Source: an uncultured candidate division Zixibacteria bacterium
Lineage (GTDB): Bacteria > Zixibacteria > MSB-5A5 > GN15 > PGXB01
Assembly (NCBI GenBank): GCA_963702205.1
Contig: OY969724.1
Span: 1,984,001-2,048,000, forward strand
Direction: 5' to 3'
DNA: 64,000 nt
This document shows positions 17,099-26,571 of this stretch, one piece after another. The translations under genes and the position numbers were made by a program. The number at the start of each line of letters is the position of its first letter. Within the stretch, counting starts at the first letter, position 1. The notes below the pieces were generated by a model. That model was not told the origin of the DNA. It saw nothing but the letters and a program-made list of their open reading frames with translations, and did no database searches.

Positions 17099-18106
17099 AT
17101 GCCGGAAATAGTTGCGAAAGTTTACAGGGGCAAGAGGGAAGAGTCGGTGCATTATGGGTCAATCGCCGTGGTCGACAAAGACGGCCAGTTGACGCACTGT
17201 GTCGGTGATCCGGAGTTCTTTTCGTTCGTGCGTTCGTCGATCAAGCCGTTCCAGATAATTCCGTTTATCGAATCCGGGGCGGCCGATAAGTTCGGTTTCA
17301 CGCCCAAGCAGTTGTCAATAGTGTGCGGGTCGCACGTCGGCTCGAATCATCACCGCGAAGTCGTGCTAAAAAATCTCGAAGCCGCGGGTAATACACCGGA
17401 GAATCTTAAGTGTGGGACGCACGTGCCCATCTATATGACAATGGAGGGCTCGTTTCCGATGCACCACGAAAACGAAGACCCGGTTCGTCACAATTGTTCG
17501 GGCAAGCATTCGGGGTTTCTGGCGCTGACGCGCTTTCTGGGTGAGGACATCGCGGAGTATCTCAATCCCAAATCCAGAACGCAGGAGATGGTGCTCGATG
17601 CGGTCGCGGAGATGTTCGGCTATCCCAAGGAAAAGATTATGATCTCAATCGATGGTTGTTCCGCGCCTAATTTCGGACTGCCGGTGATATATACCGCCCG
17701 GGCGTTTGTCAAACTGGCTAATGCGATTGGAAGCAGCGAAAAACGTATTCAGACGCTTAAGCGAATCAAATCCGCCATGACCGAATACCCGGAGATGTTT
17801 TCCGGCGAGGGGCGGTTCGACCTGGCGCTGATGCGATCGTTTCCCGGCAATATTGTCTGCAAAGGTGGAGCCGAAGCGATACAGGGGATAGGTTTGTCGG
17901 ACCCGCCGATCGGTATCGTGGTGAAGATACACGATGGCAATGCGCGGGCGATATACCCGGTAGTTCTGGAAGTGTTGAAGCAGCTCGGTATCAAAGGCGT
18001 CGATGAGTCGGAGCATTTTAAATCGTTTCTTATACCGGAAATTCGCAATAATATGAATCTTCTGACGGGTTATATAAAAGCCGAATTCAGCTTGAAAAAG
18101 GTATAA
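17099..18106 (+). CDS. L-asparaginase II (Rhizobium etli type)
   Basis: RSSIKPFQ, CGSH, HNCSGKH, DGCSAP, KGGAE, KIHDG motifs. Confidence 0.9.
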   Translation: MPEIVAKVYRGKREESVHYGSIAVVDKDGQLTHCVGDPEFFSFVRSSIKPFQIIPFIESGAADKFGFTPKQLSIVCGSHVGSNHHREVVLKNLEAAGNTPENLKCGTHVPIYMTMEGSFPMHHENEDPVRHNCSGKHSGFLALTRFLGEDIAEYLNPKSRTQEMVLDAVAEMFGYPKEKIMISIDGCSAPNFGLPVIYTARAFVKLANAIGSSEKRIQTLKRIKSAMTEYPEMFSGEGRFDLALMRSFPGNIVCKGGAEAIQGIGLSDPPIGIVVKIHDGNARAIYPVVLEVLKQLGIKGVDESEHFKSFLIPEIRNNMNLLTGYIKAEFSLKKV

Positions 18107-18156
18107 GTAATCATTACTTTGGAAAGCAGAAAAATTATAACCAAACCGGAGGCACC

Positions 18157-19563
18157 GTGACCAATAAGCGACACCCCGCCGAACCGTTCAGAATAAAATC
18201 AGTCGAGCCGATAAATCTCCTCCAGCGTGAGGAGCGTGAAGCGATTCTCAAAAGCGCCCACTACAATATTTTCAAAATCAAAGCCAAAGAAGTTTTTATT
18301 GACCTTCTAACCGATTCCGGCACGGGAGCGATGTCGATCGAGCAGTGGGCGGCGATCATGCGCGGTGATGAATCCTACGCCGGGGCGCGCTCGTTTTATC
18401 GCCTCGAAGAAACGGTCAAAGATTTGACCGGCAAGAAACATGTCATACCGGTGCATCAGGGCCGGGTGGCGGAGAACGCCTATTTCAGTTCAGTGCTCGA
18501 AAAGGGCGACTATATAGTCAATAATACTCATTTCGATACCACCCGCGCCAACGTCCAGCACAAAGGCGGCCTGCCGATAGACCTGCCGTGTCCGGAATCG
18601 TTGCACGACGATGAAGTGCCGTTCAAGGGTAATATGGATACCGAGCGATTGAAGAGTTTTATCGAAGAAAAAGGCGCCGAGAAAATTAAAGCCGTCTTCA
18701 TGACGGTGACCAATAACTCGATGGGCGGTCAGCCGGTTTCGATGAGCAATATTCGGGAAACATCGCAGATATGCCATAAGTACAATATACCGTTCATGTT
18801 CGACTGCGCGCGCTTCGCGGAGAACGCATGGTTTATCAAGACTCAGGAGCCGGGCTATCAGGACAAGCCGGCTAAGGTGATTGCGCAGGAAATGTTTTCA
18901 TATGTCGACGGCGCCCTCATGTCGGCCAAGAAAGACGGTCTGGCCAATATGGGCGGGTTTATAGTGCTTAACGATGATGAAGTGGCTCGTCGGATTTCGG
19001 AACTGCTGATTGTCATCGAGGGCTTTACCACGTACGGTGGAATGTCCGGACGCGACATCGAAGCTATGGCGGCGGGATTGAAAGAGGTCCTGAACGAAGA
19101 CTACCTGGCGTACCGGGTCGGACAGATAGAATATTTCGGTAAAATTATAGAAGAGGCCGGGGCGCCGATTATCCGACCGACCGGCGGACACGCGATTTTT
19201 ATTGACGCCGGGAAGGTTCTGCCGCATGTGCCTTCCGACCAGTTTCCGGGTCAGGCGCTGACGGTTGAACTTTACCGCGAGGGAGGCGTGCGCGGGGTGG
19301 AGATTGGTTCGCTAATGTTCGGCGGGTATGACCCCAATACCGGGGAGAAGCTGACGGCCAAGAAAGAGCTGGTGCGGCTGGCGGTCCCGCGCCGGGTGTA
19401 TACGGCGAGTCATCTCGAATATGTAGCGGAATCGATAAAGAAGATTGTCGCCAGGAAAGATAAAATCGCGGGGTATAAGATTGCTCGTCAGGCGGCGTAT
19501 CTAAGGCATTTCACGGTGGAGTTGGAGGAAATGGCGGCCTCGGAGATAAAAGCCGCCCGATGA
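18157..19563 (+). CDS. tnaA: Tryptophanase
   Basis: EPFRIKSVE, DLLTDSGT, GDESYAG, HFDTT, MSAKKD (PLP Lys); C-terminal LRHFT (His favours tryptophanase over tyrosine phenol-lyase LRFFT). Confidence 0.88.
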   Translation: MTNKRHPAEPFRIKSVEPINLLQREEREAILKSAHYNIFKIKAKEVFIDLLTDSGTGAMSIEQWAAIMRGDESYAGARSFYRLEETVKDLTGKKHVIPVHQGRVAENAYFSSVLEKGDYIVNNTHFDTTRANVQHKGGLPIDLPCPESLHDDEVPFKGNMDTERLKSFIEEKGAEKIKAVFMTVTNNSMGGQPVSMSNIRETSQICHKYNIPFMFDCARFAENAWFIKTQEPGYQDKPAKVIAQEMFSYVDGALMSAKKDGLANMGGFIVLNDDEVARRISELLIVIEGFTTYGGMSGRDIEAMAAGLKEVLNEDYLAYRVGQIEYFGKIIEEAGAPIIRPTGGHAIFIDAGKVLPHVPSDQFPGQALTVELYREGGVRGVEIGSLMFGGYDPNTGEKLTAKKELVRLAVPRRVYTASHLEYVAESIKKIVARKDKIAGYKIARQAAYLRHFTVELEEMAASEIKAAR

Positions 19564-19619
19564 ACATAAAGTGTGAATAAATTTGCGGACTAACGGCCGG
19601 CAATTTTAAACGTATAACA

Positions 19620-19650
19620 TTGCGGAAAAGGAATTAACTCTTTGCCGCAA
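19620..19650. promoter_or_regulatory. Inverted repeat (tnaA terminator or upstream activator site)
   Basis: TTGCGGAAAAG-N9-CTTTGCCGCAA, one mismatch. Confidence 0.45.
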
Positions 19651-19733
19651 GAAAACATAGGGCTGGAATCAGATAATACCCTCCAATTTTGGCGAAATAA
19701 TTGCAACATAATTTGCTCGGCCGATTAATTAGT

Positions 19734-19762
19734 TTGACAAATTTAACGGAACTTTCTATATT
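19734..19762 (+). promoter_or_regulatory. Sigma70 promoter of the porU locus
   Basis: TTGACA-17 nt-TATATT. Confidence 0.65.
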
Positions 19763-19785
19763 TTAGCGACTTAAGGACTATAACA

Positions 19786-19895
19786 GGAGGACCAGGTATC
19801 GAATAATCAGTTAAAGGTGAATTACTTTAGGATGCAATTTTAGAGTATAAGGAATTTATACGGCCCTTTAACTGTAAATTCGGCTTGGTTTCTTC
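19786..19895 (+). other. Long imperfect hairpin in the predicted porU 5' leader
   Basis: CAGTTAAAGG/CCTTTAACTG (19808-19817/19865-19874) extended by TCGAAT/ATTCGG and GGAG-GACCAGG/CTTGGTT-T-CTTC. Confidence 0.5.
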
Positions 19896-19916
19896 GGCCG
19901 GGTTTATGCGGGCCGG

Positions 19917-22900
19917 GTGAAAATGCCCGGTTTTATTATGCCCAAGTTTATAGTCACAGTCGCCGTCCTGATTGTTTTCGGTATCCCCTTCAATCTTATG
20001 GCCTCGTCGTTATACGATGACGTCAATATTGAATCCTCCGACAATACCGGTCTGGCGTTTGACGTTAATTTTAACGATCTCGGCAAATATATAACGTACA
20101 TCGACCAGGATTCGACGGTCGTTTTGGCCAGGAAAATCATTGTCGGTTACCCGGCGGGAACGGTACCAATGATTTCCGGGGTGATCGGTCTCGATGCCAT
20201 GGCGCTTCCCGAAGATGACAATCTGAAAAATATTTCGGCGTCGTCCGATCTGGCTCGTATCGAGGGGTTAGAAAAGATTCGCGGTAAGAATACGGTGACG
20301 GTGGTCGTTTATCCGTATGATGGGGCGTCGTACTATTCGAAAGTCAAAATTGATATTAAATTCGTTTCGTCGGGTGCTCAAAGCGACGAAGCGGCCATAG
20401 CCGCGCCGGACCCCATATTCGACAAGGTGCTCGGTTACCTGGTATTGAATTATGACCGGGCCCGGTTCTGGGGTGAGAGAAATATTTATTCGTCGGTACG
20501 CAGTATTGAGCAATCACCGTTCGACTCGGCCGAGACATGGTACAAGATTCAAACGTCGAATCAGGGCATTATAAAAGTGACGGCGTCGCAATTGCGTTCG
20601 GCCGGGATGCCCTCGAATCCAAACAGCGATTCTCTGCATCTGTTCTATGGCGGCGGGATGCCGCTGGCTGTGAATAACAGCTTGCCGCGCCCGAAGATGA
20701 GGGAAATCCCGATCATGGTTTTCGACGGCGGGGACGGAGTGTTCGCGGGAACCGATTCTTTAATATTTTACGCCGAGGCGGCGCAGCGCTGGCGATATCC
20801 CTCGGATTCGACGCCGTATTTTCTGCAGAATGCCTATACCGATTACAATTGCTATTGGCTGGCGGCTTCGGGTGCCTTCGCCTCGGGCGGTTTGAGGATT
20901 GCAACGGTCGACGGGACGCCGAATAATCCCTCGGCGACGGTGATAGACCGGACCGCACGGTACGTGCATGAAGAAAAAGACAATATATTGTTCATGGCGG
21001 CGGATAATCATGAATATGATTGGTACAACTGGTTTTGGTCGTCGGGCGTCAATTTCGCGATAAGCTCTTATACGCCTGGAGAAGTTTCTGGAGCCGATGC
21101 CGAGATTACGGTCAGGGCGGTCGCGAGAAGTGTCTCGTCGCTGAAAGTCAGCAATGTTTCGGCGGTACCGGTGCAATCGGGTTATAATCGCTTTGTCTTC
21201 AGCACGAACGGTATAACGTCGGATTTTCCGCTTCTGTCGATTATGATGGACAGCGCCTTCTCACCGGCGAAATCGGTGCCTTTTCTTGATTATTTCGATA
21301 TTAAATATACCGGCTATCTCAAGCCGGTAAGTGATGAACTTGATTTTATGGTTAACGAGACCGATGGAACCGGTGAGTTCTGGGTAAACGATAATTTTTC
21401 TCAATCGCCGTACATTTTCGATCTATCTGATCCTTCGCAGCCGACGCTTGTCACCGGGGCACAGTCATCATCGGGGACTTTGTCTTTCCAATACCCGGTC
21501 TCAACGTCGGGGACGAGATTTTATCTGGCGGCACCGTCGAAAAATTACGCTCCCGTCTCGATTGAGAAGGTAACACCGGCCAATTTGAGAGAGAATATGG
21601 CCCAGACCGATTTGATAATAATAAGTCCGAGGAAGTTTTTGGATGCACTGGACGGGTATGTATCGTACAGGTCGGATAAGTCCGGTATCTCGGTCCGGTC
21701 CTTCGCGCTCGAAGATATCATGGATGAGTTTTCGTACGGGCAGTATGACCCGACCGCGATCCGCGATTTCCTGAAATTCGCATACGAAAATTATCCCGAC
21801 CCGAAACCGTCCGCGGCGCTGCTGGTAGGTGACGGCACCTATGACTTCAAGAATCATAAGAACACGGCGGTCAAAAATTATGCGCCGCCATATGTGATGT
21901 CTTATTATGATTCCACTTCGTCCGATGAGAACTACGTCTATTTCGGTAATTACGGTATTCTCGACAGCGATACCACGTACAATCCGGACAATCCCAACGC
22001 CGATCGGGGTTACGATATGATTATTGCGCGCTGGCCGGTACGCAGCACGTCGGAAATTCAGAGTATCGTGGATAAAATAGAAACTTATGAATCAGCCGCC
22101 AATTTCGGGAAATGGCGGACGGTGGTTACGCTGGTGGCCGACGACGAACACGGCGCCACGTCGACCGAGTCCATCCACGTACGGCAGACGGAAAACCTGG
22201 CCAATTTCCACCTGCCGCCGCAATTTTACCGCAACAAAATTTATCTCTGGGATTATCCGGTGGATTATAAAGGCGACAAACCGCAGGTGAACGAAAAGAT
22301 AATCGAGAGTTTCAACCAGGGTTCGTTGGTGGTTAATTACGTGGGACACGGCAATCCCGATACCTGGGCTCACGAACACGTTTTCAATCGTGGTTCGGAC
22401 CTGACTCAACTTCGCAATTCCGACCGCCTGGCGCTGGTATTTACGGCTTCGTGCTCGATCGGATTTTTCGACGATCCCCTGCGGGAGGGTATGGCCGAGG
22501 ACCTGATCCGGCTTCCGGGCGGCGGGGCCATCGCCACGGTGGCGGCCACGCGGCTGGTGTATTCGTCGCAGAATGCCGAATTCAACCGTTATGTTTTCGA
22601 CGTGCTTTTCGGAAACGATGAGCTGTCGATATGCCAGGCGGTTTATATCGGAAAACTGCTGCGGCAGTATAACGGCGGTTATGTGCCGTTCAAACGTGAC
22701 AATGACCGGGCCTATGTGTTTTTCGGCGATCCTTTTCTCAGGCTGGGAATACCGAAGTACGAGGTGGCTTTGAGCGATTATCCCGATACACTGGTGGCTC
22801 TTCAGAAATATGATATTTCGGGATCGGTTGTCGTGAAAGGCAGTGGGGAACCGGTCGAATTTGACGGCGACGTGGATATAACCGTTTATGATTCGGAATT

Positions 22901-23813
22901 AAAGAAACAATATACTGTATATAACGACCAGGGCGTGTTCAACGATTCGGTTACCTACGCCATTACGGGACCGAGAATATACAGCGGCCAAACCGAAGTC
23001 ACGGGCGGCGATTTTGCGTTTTCGTTCATAACACCTTTGGATATAGGCTATGGCGGCAATGGGGCGAAAATTTCGACTTATGCCGCTTCTGATCAGGCCG
23101 ATGCGCTGGGTTTGGCCGATTCACTGGCGGTGGACAAGCAAATATCGGCGTCCACGGATAACTCCGGGCCGGCCATAGACTTCACTTTCTCCGACCGGGA
23201 GAATTTCATCTCCGGCGATAACGTCGGTGCGGGCGAGCCGCTGGTTCTTACGATTTCAGACACATCGGGCATAAATTTGACCTCCGGGGCCGGTCATGGG
23301 ATTACTCTGATAATCGATAATCAACTGGAGGATGTGGTCAATTTAACCGATTTATTTACATATATGTCAGACAGTTACACGATAGGGCGGGCGGTCTATG
23401 ATATTAGCGATCTGGGTCCCGGCGAGCACACTTTCAGTGTCAAAGCCTGGGACAACGCGAATAATTCATCGAAAGTCGATTTTGATGCCGACCTGGTCGA
23501 AGCGGGGCAGATGATAATGACGGATTTATTAAACTACCCGAATCCGATGCACGAATCGACCATTTTCTCGTTCAATCTGTCATCGCCCGCGCAATCGGTT
23601 AGACTGGAGATATTTACGTTATCAGGTAAGAAAATTTTAAGTTATAGCAAAAATTCCGTCCCGGCCGGTTTCCGGGAGTTTTATACCTGGGACGGCCGAG
23701 ACCGGGACCTCGACCGTGTGGCTACCGGAACTTATATTTATAAAGCCACTGCCGTTGCCGAAGCGAACGGCGACAAGGTCGAGTCTTTCGGTAAAGTAGT
23801 CGTAATTAATTAA
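19917..23813 (+). CDS. porU: T9SS sortase-like PorU (peptidase C25/gingipain family) with C-terminal sorting domain
   Basis: AIRDFLK, LLVGDGTYD, NYVGHG (His), FTASC (Cys), FFGDP, VKAWDNANNS, LNYPNP...WDGRD...ATGTYIY. Confidence 0.88.
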   Translation: MKMPGFIMPKFIVTVAVLIVFGIPFNLMASSLYDDVNIESSDNTGLAFDVNFNDLGKYITYIDQDSTVVLARKIIVGYPAGTVPMISGVIGLDAMALPEDDNLKNISASSDLARIEGLEKIRGKNTVTVVVYPYDGASYYSKVKIDIKFVSSGAQSDEAAIAAPDPIFDKVLGYLVLNYDRARFWGERNIYSSVRSIEQSPFDSAETWYKIQTSNQGIIKVTASQLRSAGMPSNPNSDSLHLFYGGGMPLAVNNSLPRPKMREIPIMVFDGGDGVFAGTDSLIFYAEAAQRWRYPSDSTPYFLQNAYTDYNCYWLAASGAFASGGLRIATVDGTPNNPSATVIDRTARYVHEEKDNILFMAADNHEYDWYNWFWSSGVNFAISSYTPGEVSGADAEITVRAVARSVSSLKVSNVSAVPVQSGYNRFVFSTNGITSDFPLLSIMMDSAFSPAKSVPFLDYFDIKYTGYLKPVSDELDFMVNETDGTGEFWVNDNFSQSPYIFDLSDPSQPTLVTGAQSSSGTLSFQYPVSTSGTRFYLAAPSKNYAPVSIEKVTPANLRENMAQTDLIIISPRKFLDALDGYVSYRSDKSGISVRSFALEDIMDEFSYGQYDPTAIRDFLKFAYENYPDPKPSAALLVGDGTYDFKNHKNTAVKNYAPPYVMSYYDSTSSDENYVYFGNYGILDSDTTYNPDNPNADRGYDMIIARWPVRSTSEIQSIVDKIETYESAANFGKWRTVVTLVADDEHGATSTESIHVRQTENLANFHLPPQFYRNKIYLWDYPVDYKGDKPQVNEKIIESFNQGSLVVNYVGHGNPDTWAHEHVFNRGSDLTQLRNSDRLALVFTASCSIGFFDDPLREGMAEDLIRLPGGGAIATVAATRLVYSSQNAEFNRYVFDVLFGNDELSICQAVYIGKLLRQYNGGYVPFKRDNDRAYVFFGDPFLRLGIPKYEVALSDYPDTLVALQKYDISGSVVVKGSGEPVEFDGDVDITVYDSELKKQYTVYNDQGVFNDSVTYAITGPRIYSGQTEVTGGDFAFSFITPLDIGYGGNGAKISTYAASDQADALGLADSLAVDKQISASTDNSGPAIDFTFSDRENFISGDNVGAGEPLVLTISDTSGINLTSGAGHGITLIIDNQLEDVVNLTDLFTYMSDSYTIGRAVYDISDLGPGEHTFSVKAWDNANNSSKVDFDADLVEAGQMIMTDLLNYPNPMHESTIFSFNLSSPAQSVRLEIFTLSGKKILSYSKNSVPAGFREFYTWDGRDRDLDRVATGTYIYKATAVAEANGDKVESFGKVVVIN

Positions 23814-23832
23814 TCCTTGTGGAGGTTTTATC

Positions 23833-26556
23833 GTGCGGAAAAAATTGTTGATCCTGATGCTCACCGCCGTGACGGTTATCGCGGCCATCCCTGCCGCGAA
23901 TGCGGATGTATCGAGCGCGGCCGTGCTGTTTTTGCGTATCGCTGCCGGTGCGCGCGCTGCCGGTATGGGCGAGGCCTTTGTGGCCGTGGCCGACGACGCC
24001 ACTGCGACGCATTGGAATCCGGCCGGGCTGGGGACGTATCCGCTGTCGTACAAATGGCTGACGGTTGACGTGCCCGAGCAGTATCGGCCCGTCAAAAAAA
24101 TGGCCAGCTTCAGAAATAACAGTTCGGGCCAGAGCTACGAAAAGTACGACATTTGGGTGATGAGCGACGCCGGTTTGCTGCGATATCAGCACGGTGACTG
24201 GAAAAAAGGAGAGGTCGTCGAAACTCAGCCGAGAGAATCGGCCGCCGCCAAGCTGGGCCAATATACCGGGCTGGTCGGCGAGACCGCGGAAAAGGAACTT
24301 CCGGCTTTGATGGAAAAGCTGGGCAAGGCCAATAATCCCTACAACATAGAAAAAATCGATACTCTCGCCGCCAATATCCGGGCCGCCCTGCCGGACAGCT
24401 CCGAAGTTTCAAAGGATATTGATTCGGCATTGACGGCCATAAGAGATGCATATAACGAAGTCTTGATCGACTGGGATGCTTTGAAGCAGACCTCGGATTA
24501 TTTCGCCGACGCCATGAAGGACTCGGTCATAAGCGAGTCCGAAGAGGACAAACTCTTTTTCGCCGTCAAGCGAGTTCACCGTAAGTACATGCCCGAAAAT
24601 ATCACGATCCCGTTCGATATAAATTTCAAGGGGGCGCTGGTTGATATCGCCGCCAATAATCAGTTCCTGTGGGTTGCGACGGACTCGGAAATTTACCGCT
24701 ATGACGGTGATTCCTGGCAAAGATTCGGTGAGGTGGAGGGTCTTCCCAAGGTGAACATTACGGGGATAAAGGCCTTCGACTTCGGCGTTTTCGTCCTCTC
24801 CACCGACGGATTGGTCAGATATGCCAACGGCGGGTTCACTTATTTCGGACCCAACGAAGGTCTTCCGCCCGGAATCGTCGGCGGCGTGGCCGCGGGCAAT
24901 AAAGACGACGTTTGGGCTATCGTCGATAAAGACCTGTATCACTTCGACGGTACTTCATGGAAAAATTATTTCGAATATAACGACGTTCTTCGCGGCGATT
25001 ATGAGTCGATTTACAACGGTATCAAGCTGTTCGGCACCGCACGGGAACACAATCTGTACCTGGACAAGGTAAAAGCCCTGAACGAAGAAGCGATGATGCC
25101 CGACTCGATGAGTACGATGCCTCCCGCGGTACAAACCGATTCGCTCGGGCACGTTCTCGCCGAAGAACCGATGAAAGAGCCCGGTGATTCGACAATGATG
25201 GCTGCCGGCGCCGATTCCACCAGGGCCGCGGCCGGAGCAGATTCCACGGCGGCTATCGGCCATCTGGTCAGGATACCGTATACATCGGGAATTTCTTACC
25301 AAATCACCGATATGGAAGTCGATCAGGCCGGACGGCTCTGGATCGGGACCGAGTTCGGGCTGCTTCGCTATGATTCCAGACAGTGGCACCGCTATGGATA
25401 TACGACCGAGAAGATTCAGGAAAATACGACAGTGTATGATTACTGTCTCGGAAAGGTCCGTGGCGATTCGACTCGCGCCGAACGCCTGGCTCATATAATT
25501 CGATCGGTCAACGATCTCGATACCGATACGCTCGTTGCCGGGCAGGAAATCCTTCGTTACGCCAATCCGGCGGGAGCGAAAATTCACGATATCAATGCCG
25601 CCGGAAAGAAAATCTATTTTGCGACCGAAAGCGGGACCATTTATTATGAATACCGCTGGGCGCGGTACAATGAAGGCGATCTTTCCCGCCGCAATACACT
25701 GGCAGTCGAAGAGCACGATGGCAACCTGTGGTTCGCGACGTCGCGCCGGGTAATGGTGCGGGCCGCCGCCAAGGGCGAGGTCACGATGATGCACGTCAAC
25801 TGGCTGCCGGAACTGGCCAGTGATATTTATTACGAATTTTTCTCTTTTGTCCAGAATATTCCCGAATGGGGGACACTGGGAGGGAACATTACGTTCCTGT
25901 CGTACGGTAATATCAGCCGAACCGACCCGACCGGTAATCCGCTCGGAGATTTTTCGGCGTTTGACGTGGCCTTGACATTATCCTATGGGACCCCACTGAC
26001 ACCGAATTTGAGCGGCGGCGTTTCGGCCAAAATTATATATTCGCATCTGTCCGATCAGGGCGCCGGGGCCGAGCAGGGCAGCGGCACCTCGACGGGGCTG
26101 GCTCTCGACATCGGTCTGCTTTACAGGATGAGCGATCGCTGGAACCTCGGTATCGCCGTGACCAACCTCGGGCCGGATATCGCCTATATCGACGTGGCCC
26201 AGGCCGATCCTCTGCCGCGAAACCTGGCGATTGGGCTGGCTACTTATCTGGTTAAATCGGATTTCAATAAAATTCTGATCACCGGTGAAATGAATAAGTC
26301 GCTGGTCGGCCTGAATGATCCGTTTTCGACCGAACTTAAAGAGATTATTTATAATTTCGGCGCCGAGTACAGCTACGGTTCGTTCATTGCCTTGCGGGCC
26401 GGTTATATATATGACCGCGAGGGAGAGGTTAAAACGCCGACTCTCGGATTCGGACTGGCTTATAAATTATTTAATTTTGACTTTGCTTATATTCCTTCAA
26501 ACGACAATGTTCCGTTAGCTAATACCATGAGGCTGTCGTTGTCGGTCGGGATTTAG
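23833..26556 (+). CDS. porV: PorV/PorQ-family barrel with a large propeller/LysM-like insertion
   Basis: FLRIAAGARAAGMGEAFVAVADDATATHWNPAGL at the N-terminus; barrel resumes at about aa 648 (HVNWLPEL...KIIYSHL...ALDIGLLY...TNLGP...LRAGY...DFAY); directly follows porU. Confidence 0.8.
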   Translation: MRKKLLILMLTAVTVIAAIPAANADVSSAAVLFLRIAAGARAAGMGEAFVAVADDATATHWNPAGLGTYPLSYKWLTVDVPEQYRPVKKMASFRNNSSGQSYEKYDIWVMSDAGLLRYQHGDWKKGEVVETQPRESAAAKLGQYTGLVGETAEKELPALMEKLGKANNPYNIEKIDTLAANIRAALPDSSEVSKDIDSALTAIRDAYNEVLIDWDALKQTSDYFADAMKDSVISESEEDKLFFAVKRVHRKYMPENITIPFDINFKGALVDIAANNQFLWVATDSEIYRYDGDSWQRFGEVEGLPKVNITGIKAFDFGVFVLSTDGLVRYANGGFTYFGPNEGLPPGIVGGVAAGNKDDVWAIVDKDLYHFDGTSWKNYFEYNDVLRGDYESIYNGIKLFGTAREHNLYLDKVKALNEEAMMPDSMSTMPPAVQTDSLGHVLAEEPMKEPGDSTMMAAGADSTRAAAGADSTAAIGHLVRIPYTSGISYQITDMEVDQAGRLWIGTEFGLLRYDSRQWHRYGYTTEKIQENTTVYDYCLGKVRGDSTRAERLAHIIRSVNDLDTDTLVAGQEILRYANPAGAKIHDINAAGKKIYFATESGTIYYEYRWARYNEGDLSRRNTLAVEEHDGNLWFATSRRVMVRAAAKGEVTMMHVNWLPELASDIYYEFFSFVQNIPEWGTLGGNITFLSYGNISRTDPTGNPLGDFSAFDVALTLSYGTPLTPNLSGGVSAKIIYSHLSDQGAGAEQGSGTSTGLALDIGLLYRMSDRWNLGIAVTNLGPDIAYIDVAQADPLPRNLAIGLATYLVKSDFNKILITGEMNKSLVGLNDPFSTELKEIIYNFGAEYSYGSFIALRAGYIYDREGEVKTPTLGFGLAYKLFNFDFAYIPSNDNVPLANTMRLSLSVGI

Positions 26557-26571
26557 CGGGACATTATCGGG

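Noticed and set aside
18107..18156. tnaC leader peptide
   Set aside because: Only 50 nt separate the genes and there is no suitable Trp-containing ORF.
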